A stretch of DNA of 64,000 nucleotides from the human T2T-CHM13v2.0 reference genome, Homo sapiens, in the NCBI RefSeq assembly GCF_009914755.1, contig NC_060928.1; one strand, written 5' to 3'. The notes below the pieces were generated by a model. It made no database searches and was not told where the DNA came from. It saw only the letters and a program-made list of their open reading frames with translations. The position numbers were made by a program, and so were the translations under genes. Shown piece by piece: positions 63,782 through 64,000 of this stretch. The first letter of the stretch is position 1, and each line of letters begins with the position of its first letter.

Positions 63782-64000
63782 TATCGGGGGAACCAGCCCT
63801 CAATATTTCAACATAGGTTCTTTCTATTTTCCCTAAATGTTGGCTGGTCTGAGAAATAGAAAGAGTACAAAGAGAGGAATTTTACAGCTGGGCCTCCAGG
63901 GATGACATCACATATCAGTAGGACCGTGATGCCCTCTGAGCCACAAAACCAGCAAGTTTTTATTAGAGATTTTAAAAGGAGAGGGGGTGTACGAACAGGG
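63782..64000 (-). mobile_element. MER11-family LTR (HERV-K11/HML-8), 3' end, truncated by the window edge
   Basis: tatcgggggaaccagccc...caatatttcaac...gagaggaattttacagctgggcctcc...aaaccagcaagtttttattag (antisense AATAAA). Confidence 0.88.

Overview
Human genomic DNA (primate Alu/L1PA content, including a near-consensus AluYa5) inside the 5' part of FRAS1 (Fraser extracellular matrix complex subunit 1), transcribed on the + strand. Three short cysteine-rich coding exons (48326-48433, 56369-56461, 63569-63728; exons 3-5 by recalled gene structure) splice in frame and encode most of the first two von Willebrand factor type C domains. The rest is intron, dense in transposons: a dead, internally deleted L1PA3/4-type LINE-1, 15 Alus, and MaLR/ERVL/MER11 LTRs, Tigger/hAT DNA transposons, and L2/MIR/L1M relics. 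I see no evidence for a new gene or a new biological system. The best leads are hypotheses about FRAS1 regulation: (1) a very young AluYa5 that completes an inverted Alu pair around in-frame exon 3; (2) an L1 whose antisense promoter/ORF0 points into the FRAS1 exons; (3) an open, in-frame pseudo-exon with a consensus donor in intron 2; (4) a MER11 LTR 53 bp after exon 5; (5) a repeat-free, motif-rich candidate enhancer with a 49-bp tandem duplication. Repeat subfamily names come from recalled consensus sequences and old-element boundaries are approximate.
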